Virus record (IMG/VR): IMGVR_UViG_3300044732_000510
Source of the DNA: an uncultured virus (IMG/VR IMGVR_UViG_3300044732_000510)
Lineage: Duplodnaviria > Heunggongvirae > Uroviricota > Caudoviricetes
Length of the DNA: 53,937 nt
Strand: one strand, 5' to 3'
In this document: positions 20,507 through 31,173 of the stretch, piece after piece
How the letters are laid out: the number at the start of each line of letters is the position of its first letter
Position numbering within the stretch: the first letter of the stretch is position 1
Translations under genes and position numbers: made by a program
The notes under the pieces: generated by a model
Databases searched by the model: none
Told to the model about the DNA's origin: nothing
Seen by the model: only the letters and a program-made list of their open reading frames with translations

Positions 20507-21388
20507 CTATTTTCTCCCTGGTGTAGCTTTTTTAGGAGCAGTAGATGTACCACCTGAACGTCCTCTTGCAACTTTAGAAGCAGTAGCTTTTGCATTAACT
20601 CCAGACTTAACACCTTTAGAACCAGCAGTTGCTGTTGCTTTTAAATTAGCATTAGCATTAACCATTCCACCAGTTTTATATTTAGTAGCACCACCTGTTT
20701 GTTGTTTCTTGTGTCTCCTGTCTTCCATTTTTTTCATTGCTTTCCGCTGTGCTAACTTAGCTCCTTCAGTATGAATTATTAAATCATTTAGTTTAATTTT
20801 TTTTGATTTAGGAGGTTCTGTTGCTGTTGTATTTGTAGAGCCTCCATCTTCATACTTGGTAGCACCGCCTTTTTTCTGCTCTTTAAGTTTTTTGTAAGCA
20901 GCATAACCTCCAAGACCACCAGCAATTGCTCCTAGTGTACCTAGGATGCTTCCTTTAGTTTCTTTAGATTTACCTTTACTTTTAAATGTTTTTTTACATC
21001 TAGGAGGTTTATTTGGTCCAGCACATGACGCTGCTTCTGTCATGCCTCCTACTTCATACTTTTTAGCACCACCTTTTTTTTGTTTATTTAACTGTTGTCT
21101 TTGTTGTTTTTTAAGATCTTGAAAAGAAGCTTTTTTTGCATTAATTGCATTTAATTCTTGTGCTTTTCTAAGAGCATCTGCAGGACTTATTTGTTCTACT
21201 CTTTGATTTTCTCTCATTGCATTTGTAGGACCAATCATTGGTTTATTCATTGGTCCTACCATAGGAGATTGAGTTTTAGGATTTTCTGGTAATGCCATAG
21301 GAGCATGCCAACCACCACCATCACCTTTCTTTTTTAAATATCCACCTTTTTTCATTACTGGTTTTTTAACCATTTTTTTAGTTGCCAT
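20507..21388 (-). CDS. Basic xxGG-repeat protein
   Basis: MKKGG, QKKGG, YEVGG, YEDGG, QQTGG and YKTGG repeats; very Lys-rich. Confidence 0.7.
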   Translation of the reverse strand: MATKKMVKKPVMKKGGYLKKKGDGGGWHAPMALPENPKTQSPMVGPMNKPMIGPTNAMRENQRVEQISPADALRKAQELNAINAKKASFQDLKKQQRQQLNKQKKGGAKKYEVGGMTEAASCAGPNKPPRCKKTFKSKGKSKETKGSILGTLGAIAGGLGGYAAYKKLKEQKKGGATKYEDGGSTNTTATEPPKSKKIKLNDLIIHTEGAKLAQRKAMKKMEDRRHKKQQTGGATKYKTGGMVNANANLKATATAGSKGVKSGVNAKATASKVARGRSGGTSTAPKKATPGRK

Positions 21389-21400
21389 TTTATTTTAAAT

Positions 21401-22417
21401 TTAAGTGTTCCAATACTTCTCACAGGCTAGGTTAAGATCTTTCAAAAGGTCCTCATTTAAAGGGTTTTTCAAGAACTCAACAACATCAGAAACATTTCTA
21501 CCAAGCAAGCTATTAGACTTAGCATGGTATATATATCCATCTGCCTTATTTATAATATACTTAAAAAAAACGGAATCTCTAACAATTGATTTAATTTTTA
21601 GTGTTTCCATATCTAAAGTTGCAGTCTCCATGAAGGATTTTGCAGCTCTTTCTTTGTTGGTTTCTCCACCCTCACCATTAATATGTCTGTCCATATTCTC
21701 ATAGATAATATCCAATGGAGTTGATCTCTTATATTGTGTACTATTGATATCTACAACTTTTGCAATGTAGAATAACTTAGTACTGTTTTTGTCAAATAAT
21801 TTTTGTAATTCTGACAATGCTTTGTTACGGAGTTTTTTGTACTCTGTTCTATACATAACAGTTTCCTCTTCTTTATCTAAGTAGAACTTAGGTGGAACTG
21901 CTTTTGATCTAGCATCATCAAAACTTTTTGCTACAATAGAAAAACCACCTGCTTCAATAGCATGTAATTTAATTCTATCATAAGGATCCTTTGGATCTAG
22001 GAATAATGGATCATTACTACAAGATATAGATATCTTATTCCAAAATTCTGCATTATCTGGTTTAAGTAACTTTACTTTATTCCAGAACTGAGGATCATCA
22101 ATCTCAATAACATTTGCAGCTAGTTCTTTTTCTAGCTCAATTATTGCAGATCTTATTTCTCTTACTCTGGCTTCTCTATCTTCTGGGTTAAGTAACTTGA
22201 TCTCTGGAGCAAATTCATTTAGACCAGTGATATATCTTACTACACCATTGTTTTCTAAACAAGCTAATTGCTCATTGTGAGTTACTCCATCAAAGAGAGA
22301 GATACCATATTCTTCTAATCCCATGTTAGAAGCTGAATTGTCAAAGAACGGGCGGACAGCAATTGTTGTTTGTTTAACAGTTCCTTTTCCTGTTTCCACC
22401 ATTGTGAAATTTTCCAT
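21401..22417 (-). CDS. Conserved crAss-like protein immediately downstream of the MCP (gene 75-like)
   Basis: Synteny directly after the MCP, 338 aa, C-terminal LG....VV.FLKNP.N motif. Confidence 0.6.
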   Translation of the reverse strand: MENFTMVETGKGTVKQTTIAVRPFFDNSASNMGLEEYGISLFDGVTHNEQLACLENNGVVRYITGLNEFAPEIKLLNPEDREARVREIRSAIIELEKELAANVIEIDDPQFWNKVKLLKPDNAEFWNKISISCSNDPLFLDPKDPYDRIKLHAIEAGGFSIVAKSFDDARSKAVPPKFYLDKEEETVMYRTEYKKLRNKALSELQKLFDKNSTKLFYIAKVVDINSTQYKRSTPLDIIYENMDRHINGEGGETNKERAAKSFMETATLDMETLKIKSIVRDSVFFKYIINKADGYIYHAKSNSLLGRNVSDVVEFLKNPLNEDLLKDLNLACEKYWNT

Positions 22418-22452
22418 GTTTGTTGGTTTTTGTTTTGTTGGTTTTAAAATTT

Positions 22453-22483
22453 AAAAAAATAGGGAGGAGTTTCCCCCTCCCTG
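22453..22483 (-). terminator. Intrinsic terminator after the major capsid gene
   Basis: AGGGAGG/CCTCCCT stem followed by a T tract on the minus strand. Confidence 0.75.
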
Positions 22484-22499
22484 TATATATAGATTTGGA

Positions 22500-24116
22500 T
22501 TAGAATGATCCACCAGTGATTGGGTTTCTCATAACAATCTTAAGGACTTTAGTTGGATCCTTAACCCAGATAGCTGGCATTGTTTGAGACATCATCACAC
22601 GGTATCCGTTGAATTGACCAGAAGACTGGAATCCTTGAGAACGGCCCATATAATCCATAGTACCATTTTGATACCACCACTTCAATTGATTATCCCAAGA
22701 TAACTTCAACAAGAAGATGTTGTCATTAGTGTTATCAGTGATATCAAAGATAATGAATGAGTAAGAAGATAATGGGAAACCATCAATGATTGGGTTCTCA
22801 ATATCATTTGTATGAACATTGTCAAATGCTGGGTTAAGTACAAACTTAACATTTGCCAAGAATGGAATTACATATGAAGTATAAGCAAATCCAAAGTTCA
22901 AGTCCATACCTTTACCAGTGATTGCACCAATATCAGCAGCCTGAATAAGTAAACCTGAAGATACAGCCTCACGCTTGATAGCTTCATTTACCATTCTCAT
23001 ACCACCCATACCAGTTTGAACTACTAAAGATCTTTTTGGATCTGGACCTTGGAACTCAACTTTACCATTGAAGAAGTTGTAGATCTCTCCACGGAATAAA
23101 TCTAATGTAAAGTTGTTTTTGTTGTATACTCTTTTGAATGAGTTATCCAACTGCTTCCAAAGACCCACAGATAATCTTAGATCATCTGGACCATCTTGAC
23201 GTACTCTACCTCCTTGTCCCCACATTAAGTAAGTCTCAATGTCAGAAGCAATTTTAGTTAAGTGAGCAGCTTCCATAGTAGTTAAGAAAGTACGTGATAA
23301 GTCTCCGTTATCAAATGCTTTTTTAACTTTATCTTTACCCATTACTTTAACCATGTCTTCCAAAGAAGTGATTGATGGATCAACAGATTTGTCAAATGTT
23401 CTCCAGATCTCAGTTACAGGAACTGTACCATCTGCATTCATACCACCTTTGATCATCAAGTCAGCACGGCTAGAGATAGAATAATGTACGTGAGCTTCAG
23501 CACCACCAACAAAGTTATAGAATTCACGGAATCCTGTTCTTGTTGTGATATCTGAGAATCTTTCACCATATTCTCCACGGGCAGAACCTTTACGGAAAAC
23601 TTTAGTACCATTAGCCAAGTACTTGTTATCCAAGTATTTGAAGTTATCATTGTTTACCAACTGCACTGTATAGATATATGCATCTCCTAATGGAAGAATA
23701 TCTTCAGCAGTAATGTACATCTCAACTCCGTTATATTTGTCATAAGTGATGATATCACCATGTCCAAACTCACGTCTGCTAAGTTTGATACGGAAGGTTG
23801 AGCCTTCAATACCTTTAAAGTTATTGTCTGGTTCAATATCCTCAATGATGTAAGGTAAGTCCACAGACACTGGAGTCTGCCACTTATACTCACCACGAGC
23901 ATTATCAACCATAATTACATTTTTACCACCAAAGCTAGACATTTGGTAAAGAGGCATTTCTACCTTTTGAGCCATTGCCCAAAGGTCCACTGGACCTAAA
24001 TCCATTGGTTCTGCATCCTTCAACATGTTAACCAAGTGGTAAGAGTCTACATGTGACGTAGCATTGTACGCGGTATCTCGTAGAAATATACCATTGTTTA
24101 AAACTGGAGTTGCCAT
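22500..24116 (-). CDS. Major capsid protein (crAss-like, HK97 fold)
   Basis: 538 aa, in terminase-portal-scaffold-MCP order. Motifs GEYKWQ, E..LMWG, GLWKQL, TG.GG and .WVKDP; strong codon bias and own terminator. Confidence 0.85.
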   Translation of the reverse strand: MATPVLNNGIFLRDTAYNATSHVDSYHLVNMLKDAEPMDLGPVDLWAMAQKVEMPLYQMSSFGGKNVIMVDNARGEYKWQTPVSVDLPYIIEDIEPDNNFKGIEGSTFRIKLSRREFGHGDIITYDKYNGVEMYITAEDILPLGDAYIYTVQLVNNDNFKYLDNKYLANGTKVFRKGSARGEYGERFSDITTRTGFREFYNFVGGAEAHVHYSISSRADLMIKGGMNADGTVPVTEIWRTFDKSVDPSITSLEDMVKVMGKDKVKKAFDNGDLSRTFLTTMEAAHLTKIASDIETYLMWGQGGRVRQDGPDDLRLSVGLWKQLDNSFKRVYNKNNFTLDLFRGEIYNFFNGKVEFQGPDPKRSLVVQTGMGGMRMVNEAIKREAVSSGLLIQAADIGAITGKGMDLNFGFAYTSYVIPFLANVKFVLNPAFDNVHTNDIENPIIDGFPLSSYSFIIFDITDNTNDNIFLLKLSWDNQLKWWYQNGTMDYMGRSQGFQSSGQFNGYRVMMSQTMPAIWVKDPTKVLKIVMRNPITGGSF

Positions 24117-24141
24117 TTTATATTTGTTTATTTGTTACTAA

Positions 24142-25404
24142 TTAAAATCTCTTAAACATGTTTGCTCTTGAGATGGTTTTTTGTGGAGCTCTAGTAGTTG
24201 TATTTCTTCTCTCAGGTTCTTCATACTGAGTAGATGCTGTACTTCTTCTAGCCTCTTCTGTTTTCAATTGTCTTACTACTTTTTCTGTAGCTTGTCTTCC
24301 TCCCTGATCTCTTACTCTATTCTTATATCCATTAGGATCAGCAAGTAACCAAAGTGCTTCAGCAATAAGATCATGTCTAGGTTCTACAAACTGATACTTC
24401 TCTAACAAGTGTCCAAGTAAGTTTGTAGGCTTACCAGAAATTGAAGGGTAATTAGGTTGTACTAATCCTGAATAAAGTAAACCTTGTGTTTTCTTATCAA
24501 GTTTAATTCCACCTATGTCACCTGCAGCAAGAGTACTATATACATTATCTGTGTAAGCTTTTGCCGCTGCTTGTTGTTGCTCTTTTCTATCTTCTTGCTC
24601 TGCTAGTTGTCTTGCAATAATTTCTTCTTGCATTCTATCTAGCTTTGGTTTGAACTGGTTAGCTTTTTGTTCTAGCTTATCCATGTCTTGCCAATCTTGG
24701 ATTTCTGATTCTATTTCCTCAGCTGTTCCAAAATTTGTAGCATAAAGATACTGTCTTGCAATTTCAGCTTGATCATACTCATCAGATGGATCAAGTTGTC
24801 TCATTTCTTCTACATGAGCTAAGGTTCTAAATAAACCTTTAAGATCTTGACCACCATCAGCTACATATTTAGCTGCATATTGCAATTCTTCAGGAAGTGA
24901 ATTAAAGAATTCTTTTGGTACATTATTTCTTACTTTGTCTTCTCTTTCTTGAAAGTTAGCTTCAAATAACTCTCTGAAGTCTTTAGTAGTATAATCTTCT
25001 AATGATTTATCATCATCAAAAGGTATTAGACTTCCTTCTTCAATCATTTTCTGTGCTAAATCATAAAGACCAGATTTATCTACTTTAGGTCTTCCTTTAT
25101 TTCCAGCATCTTCTTCTTGTGCAATTAAACCATCAAGCTCTGCAATGGTTTCTTCAACTTCTGCTTTCTTTTCAGCTGCTTCCTCCTTTTCTTTTGGAGT
25201 AGCAGGTGAGTTGTCAAGGAACGTAGTGTCTACATTTTCTTTTGAAAATAAAGACTTAGGTTTATCATCTTCTTTGCCATCTTCTGGAAGCATTACATTT
25301 TCTGCCCCAGGTATTCCAAAGATCTCATCAATATTTACATCTACTTGACCTACCGTTGTAGTGTCTAATGTCTGGGTTTCCCCAGTTTTGGTTGTGTCTT
25401 CCAT
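24142..25404 (-). CDS. Acidic scaffold-like protein (crAss gene 77-like)
   Basis: Very acidic N-terminus and coiled-coil C-terminus, located between the portal and MCP genes. Confidence 0.65.
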   Translation of the reverse strand: MEDTTKTGETQTLDTTTVGQVDVNIDEIFGIPGAENVMLPEDGKEDDKPKSLFSKENVDTTFLDNSPATPKEKEEAAEKKAEVEETIAELDGLIAQEEDAGNKGRPKVDKSGLYDLAQKMIEEGSLIPFDDDKSLEDYTTKDFRELFEANFQEREDKVRNNVPKEFFNSLPEELQYAAKYVADGGQDLKGLFRTLAHVEEMRQLDPSDEYDQAEIARQYLYATNFGTAEEIESEIQDWQDMDKLEQKANQFKPKLDRMQEEIIARQLAEQEDRKEQQQAAAKAYTDNVYSTLAAGDIGGIKLDKKTQGLLYSGLVQPNYPSISGKPTNLLGHLLEKYQFVEPRHDLIAEALWLLADPNGYKNRVRDQGGRQATEKVVRQLKTEEARRSTASTQYEEPERRNTTTRAPQKTISRANMFKRF

Positions 25405-25496
25405 AAGTGTTGGTTTTTTATGTTATACTTCAATATACAAAATAAACTTGATAAATTTAAAAGTCAGCAAAACTTTTTCTGCACTATATAGCTATA

Positions 25497-28247
25497 CTAC
25501 TTTTTATTTTTCACTGAACCACCCTTATCATATTTATTTTTATTTACTCTAGCCACCTGAAGTTGCTTATCAGCTATTTCTCTTTGTGCTTGTATCTTCT
25601 CTCTTTCAATAGCATTCTTGTCTCTATCTAACATGGTTCTAGTAGCTTCTTTATCTCTTTGCAATTGATTTTGGGCCATGTACTGTTCACTTTGTCTAAT
25701 GTCTTTCATAGCATCTTGATAGTCAGAGATTTCATTTTTGTTGACATCAGCCATAGATCCATAACCAGCTGCTCTAATTTCAGCAATAAGAACTTCAGTT
25801 TGTCTATCTTTCTCTTTCTCAGCAGCAGTAGCATCAATCTTCATCTTCTCAATCTCTTGTTGTTTCTGAAGTTGTTGTTCTTGCATTTGCTGTTGTTGTT
25901 GCATTTCTTCTTGTTTTTGTTGCTGTTGTTTTTGCTCAGAAGATTTAAGAGCACTGTTAAGTTCAGCAATAGAATCAGATTGAACAATTTTACCAAGATC
26001 ATAGATACTAGCTCCTGTAGTATTATTCTGCATAGCCATTTGTTTTAACTGTTCTAATACAGCTCTATGATTTGCAGTTGTGCTACAGAAGATATTAAGA
26101 TCTCTCATTAATAACTCAGTACCATTTATCTCAAAGTTTACTTTCTCATCAGCTGTGGTTATATAACTTAACCTGCTTGATGGTTTTGTAGAATGATAGA
26201 ACTGAGCTAGATCAGTACGCATCTGATGAACTCTTGGCATTAAGTAATCACAGTGTTGTACAAAGAACATTTCTGTTTGAGCATATGAAGAAGCTGCTGC
26301 TTGTTCTACTCCGGTAGCAGTCATTTGTGCAATCTGCTGTCCCATTCTTTGTGGAGTTACACCTATTACTTCATAAGCTTGTTGCTTAAAGTGATTAGCT
26401 AACTGTATCCTTGACATTAATCTCTCTGTCTGAGATAGATCTAGTTTTTGGAAGTGCTGGAAGTTTAATGCATTCTCAGTATTTGTAATAGAAGTATCCA
26501 AAGGTAACATCTGGAAATTCTTCATAGCTACATAAGCCTTAGCATAATTTCCTTTTCCCCAATCTTCTCCTAAGGAGTGTCTTGGTAAAGTATTCTGGTC
26601 AAGCATGATTATAGTACCAAGCTCATCTACTAAGATATCCGCTATCTGATTATTTACTATGTTATAACCAATCTGGTATGGCTTCATTAAGTCAATAAGT
26701 GCAGTAGACTTGGTATTCCTGTCTGAGAATACAGATCCTTCTACTGGAAGTTTACATCCATATAGTGAATTGTCACCTTTAAACTGAAACCTTAATGGAC
26801 CTATCTTAGGTTTATCAACACCAATATACATAGGAGTAAATCCACCAGGATTATTCATACCCCAGAATGAAGGAATGTTTGGTCCTATTTTAATACCACC
26901 CCAAACCTCATTAATCCATATCCAGTCTATATGCTCACCATATACTAGATTGTCTTTGCTTTTGTTTTTAAATAACCTAGTATCATATATAGGTTTTGTA
27001 GATATCTTATAGTCTTCATCTACTATATCCATTTCTACTTGGCCATTATCATCTATACTAATAAGGTGTCCAATCTTTCTTTGAGACTTCCAGTATATTG
27101 TAGATACTCTTAATAGATATGCAGTACCTTGATCATAATAATCTTCTCCTTCAGAAAGTATCTGTGTAATAATATCTCCACCCTCTAATACAGCACCACC
27201 CATTGCAGTAGTATATTGTCTGTATGCAAGAGATGGCATGTTTGTATTCCAGTCATGTGATTTAGTACCATCATAAAAGCTACCGTCATTTTGAAGACCA
27301 CCAATAGTATAACCTGCAGATCTGATAGGATAAACAGCTTCAAGTGCTCTTAACTGTTCTTCATCCATTAGATAACCATATCTATCAATAACATCTGCCG
27401 GAGTCATCATATCAGTTTTACCAGCCCAGTTAGCTTGTGATATATATCTTGCATCTGGAGACTTATGATAGAATGAGATAGCTGGATTCCAAAGCTCTAC
27501 TTCATAATCATCCTCCATCATACGGAAATGCCAGAACTCTCTATCTGTAATTAACATGTCACGGAAGCCTCTTTCTTCAAGCTCATCCATTCTAAATCTC
27601 TCTACATCTACTTTATGCTGATGTGTAGCCCACTCTTCTACCATTGATCTGTAGTCTTTTCTAAAGTACATTTCAATTTCAGGAAGAGATTTAAGTTTTT
27701 CTGGAGATGTTTCTTGTTGGAATTCTTCTGAATCAGGTTGAAGACCTTTATCCATAAGTGCAGAAGATACTTTAAGTCTTGCATCTTCTAATAGGACATC
27801 TTCCACCATTTGTCTTTTTTGCTCCATCATCTCATTGTATGAGAACTCATCTACTGCTCTATATGTAAGCTTAGTAGATCTCTTTGCAAATTCAGCTACT
27901 AGAACATTAATAACATTTGGGATAATTGGGTAAAACTTAAGTTCAAGTGCTGATACATCTTCTTTAGTAAGTGTTTCAACTATATCTCTATAGTCATTAT
28001 TCTCTTCTACTATATAATCAGACTTGTCTATTATACCTTTGGCCAGTTTATAATTTTTCATTAGTCTTCTGGCATTTCTCCGGATTTGTTTTAATCCTTG
28101 CCACTCTAACCAATCTAAATTCCAAGCTGCCCACTTTTCATCTTTTTCTTTTTTAGGAATAAACTGTAACGGTTGGGTAATACTACCCATTCTGTTATTT
28201 TCTGTTGTTGCTCCTCCTTTTGCCTGTAAAGCATTTATTATCTTCAT
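25497..28247 (-). CDS. Portal protein
   Basis: 916 aa, after the terminase. YPIIPN.IN.L..E, WINEVW.G.KIG, SL.DLMKPYQ..YN and G.T.QR.G motifs, with a Gln-rich coiled-coil barrel. Confidence 0.85.
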   Translation of the reverse strand: MKIINALQAKGGATTENNRMGSITQPLQFIPKKEKDEKWAAWNLDWLEWQGLKQIRRNARRLMKNYKLAKGIIDKSDYIVEENNDYRDIVETLTKEDVSALELKFYPIIPNVINVLVAEFAKRSTKLTYRAVDEFSYNEMMEQKRQMVEDVLLEDARLKVSSALMDKGLQPDSEEFQQETSPEKLKSLPEIEMYFRKDYRSMVEEWATHQHKVDVERFRMDELEERGFRDMLITDREFWHFRMMEDDYEVELWNPAISFYHKSPDARYISQANWAGKTDMMTPADVIDRYGYLMDEEQLRALEAVYPIRSAGYTIGGLQNDGSFYDGTKSHDWNTNMPSLAYRQYTTAMGGAVLEGGDIITQILSEGEDYYDQGTAYLLRVSTIYWKSQRKIGHLISIDDNGQVEMDIVDEDYKISTKPIYDTRLFKNKSKDNLVYGEHIDWIWINEVWGGIKIGPNIPSFWGMNNPGGFTPMYIGVDKPKIGPLRFQFKGDNSLYGCKLPVEGSVFSDRNTKSTALIDLMKPYQIGYNIVNNQIADILVDELGTIIMLDQNTLPRHSLGEDWGKGNYAKAYVAMKNFQMLPLDTSITNTENALNFQHFQKLDLSQTERLMSRIQLANHFKQQAYEVIGVTPQRMGQQIAQMTATGVEQAAASSYAQTEMFFVQHCDYLMPRVHQMRTDLAQFYHSTKPSSRLSYITTADEKVNFEINGTELLMRDLNIFCSTTANHRAVLEQLKQMAMQNNTTGASIYDLGKIVQSDSIAELNSALKSSEQKQQQQKQEEMQQQQQMQEQQLQKQQEIEKMKIDATAAEKEKDRQTEVLIAEIRAAGYGSMADVNKNEISDYQDAMKDIRQSEQYMAQNQLQRDKEATRTMLDRDKNAIEREKIQAQREIADKQLQVARVNKNKYDKGGSVKNKK

Positions 28248-28252
28248 AGTAC

Positions 28253-30457
28253 CTATTTAATATTTTTAAAAGGGGATCTTGTGATTCCTTTGCTTAATGA
28301 ATTACCAGAACCTCCCATATGTCTAAATGGACTTCTATTTAATTTACTAAAATTTTCAGACTTTTGCAAGTTTTTAGCCACATCATCCATGATTGTTCTT
28401 TTTGGATAACCTGTATTTGAGTGTTGTATTCTCATAAAAGCAACAAGAGCAGCAAAGGCAACTAGTCTATCTACATTGACTCCATCAGCATATTCTCTCA
28501 TTTCTTTCATCAACATTGGATCCGGAATTCTTTCTATACCATATTTAGTTCTTACTATTGTACCATCAGGTTTTGTTTCCACATCTATTTCTTCTTTACA
28601 ATATTCTATAGCATAACTAAGAAGGTGTGCTTTAAAAAGAGTACCTGTATTTTTCCAACCATACTCCTGGAATACATTAGCATTAGATCCAAGATCTTTT
28701 AGAAACATTATCTGACTTTTAGGTACTAGATATTTCTGTTTTTTTCTAGATATCATATACTGGATAAATAGTGAAATATTGTTTTCAATTACTGTCCAGG
28801 CATTATACCACTCAATAATTAGTTCTAGTCTTTGATGTGTTTTATTTATATCATCAAATCTTCCACACCATGCTGCTACTATTTTACCCTGTTCTATATA
28901 ATTTTCTGTTTCTACACCAGTTACTTTAGTTACTTCAATTGGAGCTTTCATTACATATATTGAACATAGTGATTCTGATGTATTAGTTTTTCCCTCTGAT
29001 ACCGGATCTATAGATGCATAGTACATTCTAAATGTTGGATCTTTAACCGGCCTTTCCCATACCACTAATACTCCTGTTTTATCTTCTGTCTTTTTGGATA
29101 TAGGAAACTCTGATATAGGTCTTTTATTTGTAGGCATTACAGCAGGCTTACCATTCTCATCTGTGCTTATATCTAAGAATTCATAACCATATGTCTTATC
29201 TTCTATTCTTCTTTCTTGTGCTGCAAGCAAGTGAGTAGGAAATACAGATACTGTTCTATGATCAAATGCTTCTTTAATATTTCTTGGATGCTGAGATATC
29301 CTTAACTGGTAGTCTTCCGGGTTTAGTTCTTTCTTCCATTTATCAAACTGCTCATCTAATGCTTTTAATGCAGCTTCTACAAGTGAATTACCATATTCAT
29401 CAATATGAGGAGGCATAGACCATTGTTCAGGAATAAATAAACCTGACATACCTTGAGTGCCTTTATCATCTATAAGATCTGTTTCTACTGCATATACATC
29501 TTTAGATAATGGATTAAGGATCATATCTCTTAGTGGATTACACTGAGATAAATCACCCACAGATCCTGCAGCTATAAACATTCCTGTAGTAATAAGTCCA
29601 GATCTCATGGCTGGGCGCATGTACTCATATGTCTGATCCATCTTAGGAGCAATTCCAGCCTCCTCATGGAAGAAGTATTTTACCGGACCTCCTACACCAT
29701 TTGTTGGATCTTTCTCAAATGACATACCTTGTATAGTACCTTTAAGACCAACTTCTGTTTTTCTATCTCCTTTTCTTACCTCAATCTTCTGTTGCCACAT
29801 CATTACCTTATCCGGTGACATAGGTCTGTACCATGCTGTATGTTCATTTAAGAATGCAGCATATTCCTGTAAAAACTTCCAGGATCCTTTCTCATTAATA
29901 TAATCTTTAAGACTAGCTCCTATCTTAAGTGTTACCCCTGCTTCAAACCATTGCTGATTTATAAGTTTACCCATATGATAGTAAGAAGAAGCTATCTGTC
30001 TTTTCTTTAATATTGCAGAGTGTTTATAGTTAAGTTCAGCTAATAGTTCATATAATGCCATATGATACTGAGCATCCCGTATCTTAGCAAACCCAAATTG
30101 TTGCAACTCTTTATCAAAAATTGGTAAAAAGTTTAACCACATGTAGTATTCTCTGGCAATGAACCATGCATTATTACCATCTTTAACTATTACACCTTTA
30201 CGGCATTTAGCTTTTTGGTCATCCCAATATGTTATAAAGTCTTTTGATCTGTAGGGTGCCGGAGTGTATATTCCATCTTTTTTAAATTTTGTTGACTCAG
30301 ATATGAAAACTTTATTTGTAGTTTCATTGAAGTTGTACTTACCTGGTTCTTTAAATATGCTAAAGATAAAGTTGCTGAACTCCTCTCTGGATTCAAAACT
30401 TGTAATTGTCCAGTCTCCATTGTCATAAGTTGGTATGTCTTGATAAATTTCACTCAT
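28253..30457 (-). CDS. terL: Terminase large subunit
   Basis: Walker A-like LKKRQIASSY, Walker B FFHEEAG, nuclease YYASIDPV, IENN and NVDRLVA motifs. The start was moved to the ATG of MSEIYQ (30457). Confidence 0.9.
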   Translation of the reverse strand: MSEIYQDIPTYDNGDWTITSFESREEFSNFIFSIFKEPGKYNFNETTNKVFISESTKFKKDGIYTPAPYRSKDFITYWDDQKAKCRKGVIVKDGNNAWFIAREYYMWLNFLPIFDKELQQFGFAKIRDAQYHMALYELLAELNYKHSAILKKRQIASSYYHMGKLINQQWFEAGVTLKIGASLKDYINEKGSWKFLQEYAAFLNEHTAWYRPMSPDKVMMWQQKIEVRKGDRKTEVGLKGTIQGMSFEKDPTNGVGGPVKYFFHEEAGIAPKMDQTYEYMRPAMRSGLITTGMFIAAGSVGDLSQCNPLRDMILNPLSKDVYAVETDLIDDKGTQGMSGLFIPEQWSMPPHIDEYGNSLVEAALKALDEQFDKWKKELNPEDYQLRISQHPRNIKEAFDHRTVSVFPTHLLAAQERRIEDKTYGYEFLDISTDENGKPAVMPTNKRPISEFPISKKTEDKTGVLVVWERPVKDPTFRMYYASIDPVSEGKTNTSESLCSIYVMKAPIEVTKVTGVETENYIEQGKIVAAWCGRFDDINKTHQRLELIIEWYNAWTVIENNISLFIQYMISRKKQKYLVPKSQIMFLKDLGSNANVFQEYGWKNTGTLFKAHLLSYAIEYCKEEIDVETKPDGTIVRTKYGIERIPDPMLMKEMREYADGVNVDRLVAFAALVAFMRIQHSNTGYPKRTIMDDVAKNLQKSENFSKLNRSPFRHMGGSGNSLSKGITRSPFKNIK

Positions 30458-30459
30458 AA

Positions 30460-31152
30460 TTAAACTCTTTGATAGCAAAACCATTTAGGAGCTTTTGAAT
30501 TTCCATTTAAATAAGATCTAATAGTACTAAATGGTATATTCAAATATTCAGATAACTCTTTACCAGAACCAAATAATTTTTGTGTTTGAGTACATATAAT
30601 TTTTTTAGCATTATAGTGATTACCACCTGATACACTCAATCTTATTTTAACCCTAGTTTCTTCTGAAACTGCTTTACCTAATTGAGAGTTTCTCATTTTT
30701 AATTTAGATTCTTTTGTGTGTGTCTTACCTAAAAAAGTTTGTCTTCCTTTTGCTTTTTTGCTAATTTTTAATTTACTTTCATTTGAATGTGTTTTGCCAA
30801 AAAAATGGTTATTAGAACCTTTAGTATTTTTTATATATTCTGTTCTAATTTTGCAATATGTTTTTGCTGAAGGCTTGAATCTTAAATCTTTTTTTACATT
30901 ACACATATTCCACAATGCTTTATGCATTGCTGGTGAATTGGGATATATTGCAACTAATAACAAATGTGCAATGTAATGTTCTTTTGGTGTTAATAATACT
31001 ATATTAGGGTGGACAGTATTTCTACCATCACCCTTTCCTCCAAATGATTTTGGCTTTATATGATGAGCTTCATAATAAACATCATCAGATCTTTTTCTAC
31101 TTTCTAATTTTGCTTTAATTATAAGCTTGTTATATATTTTTATATAGTTCAT
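30460..31152 (-). CDS. HNH homing endonuclease with NUMOD3 repeats
   Basis: YYEAHHIKPKSFGG...NIVLLTPKEHYIAHLLL, plus FGKTHS.ESK.KI repeats. Confidence 0.9.
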   Translation of the reverse strand: MNYIKIYNKLIIKAKLESRKRSDDVYYEAHHIKPKSFGGKGDGRNTVHPNIVLLTPKEHYIAHLLLVAIYPNSPAMHKALWNMCNVKKDLRFKPSAKTYCKIRTEYIKNTKGSNNHFFGKTHSNESKLKISKKAKGRQTFLGKTHTKESKLKMRNSQLGKAVSEETRVKIRLSVSGGNHYNAKKIICTQTQKLFGSGKELSEYLNIPFSTIRSYLNGNSKAPKWFCYQRV

Positions 31153-31173
31153 AAGTAATTAATTATTAATAAT

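Noticed and set aside
28253..31152. Group I intron or intein in the terminase
   Set aside because: terL is one continuous ORF of normal size with all motifs, and the HNH gene lies outside it without flanking intron sequence.
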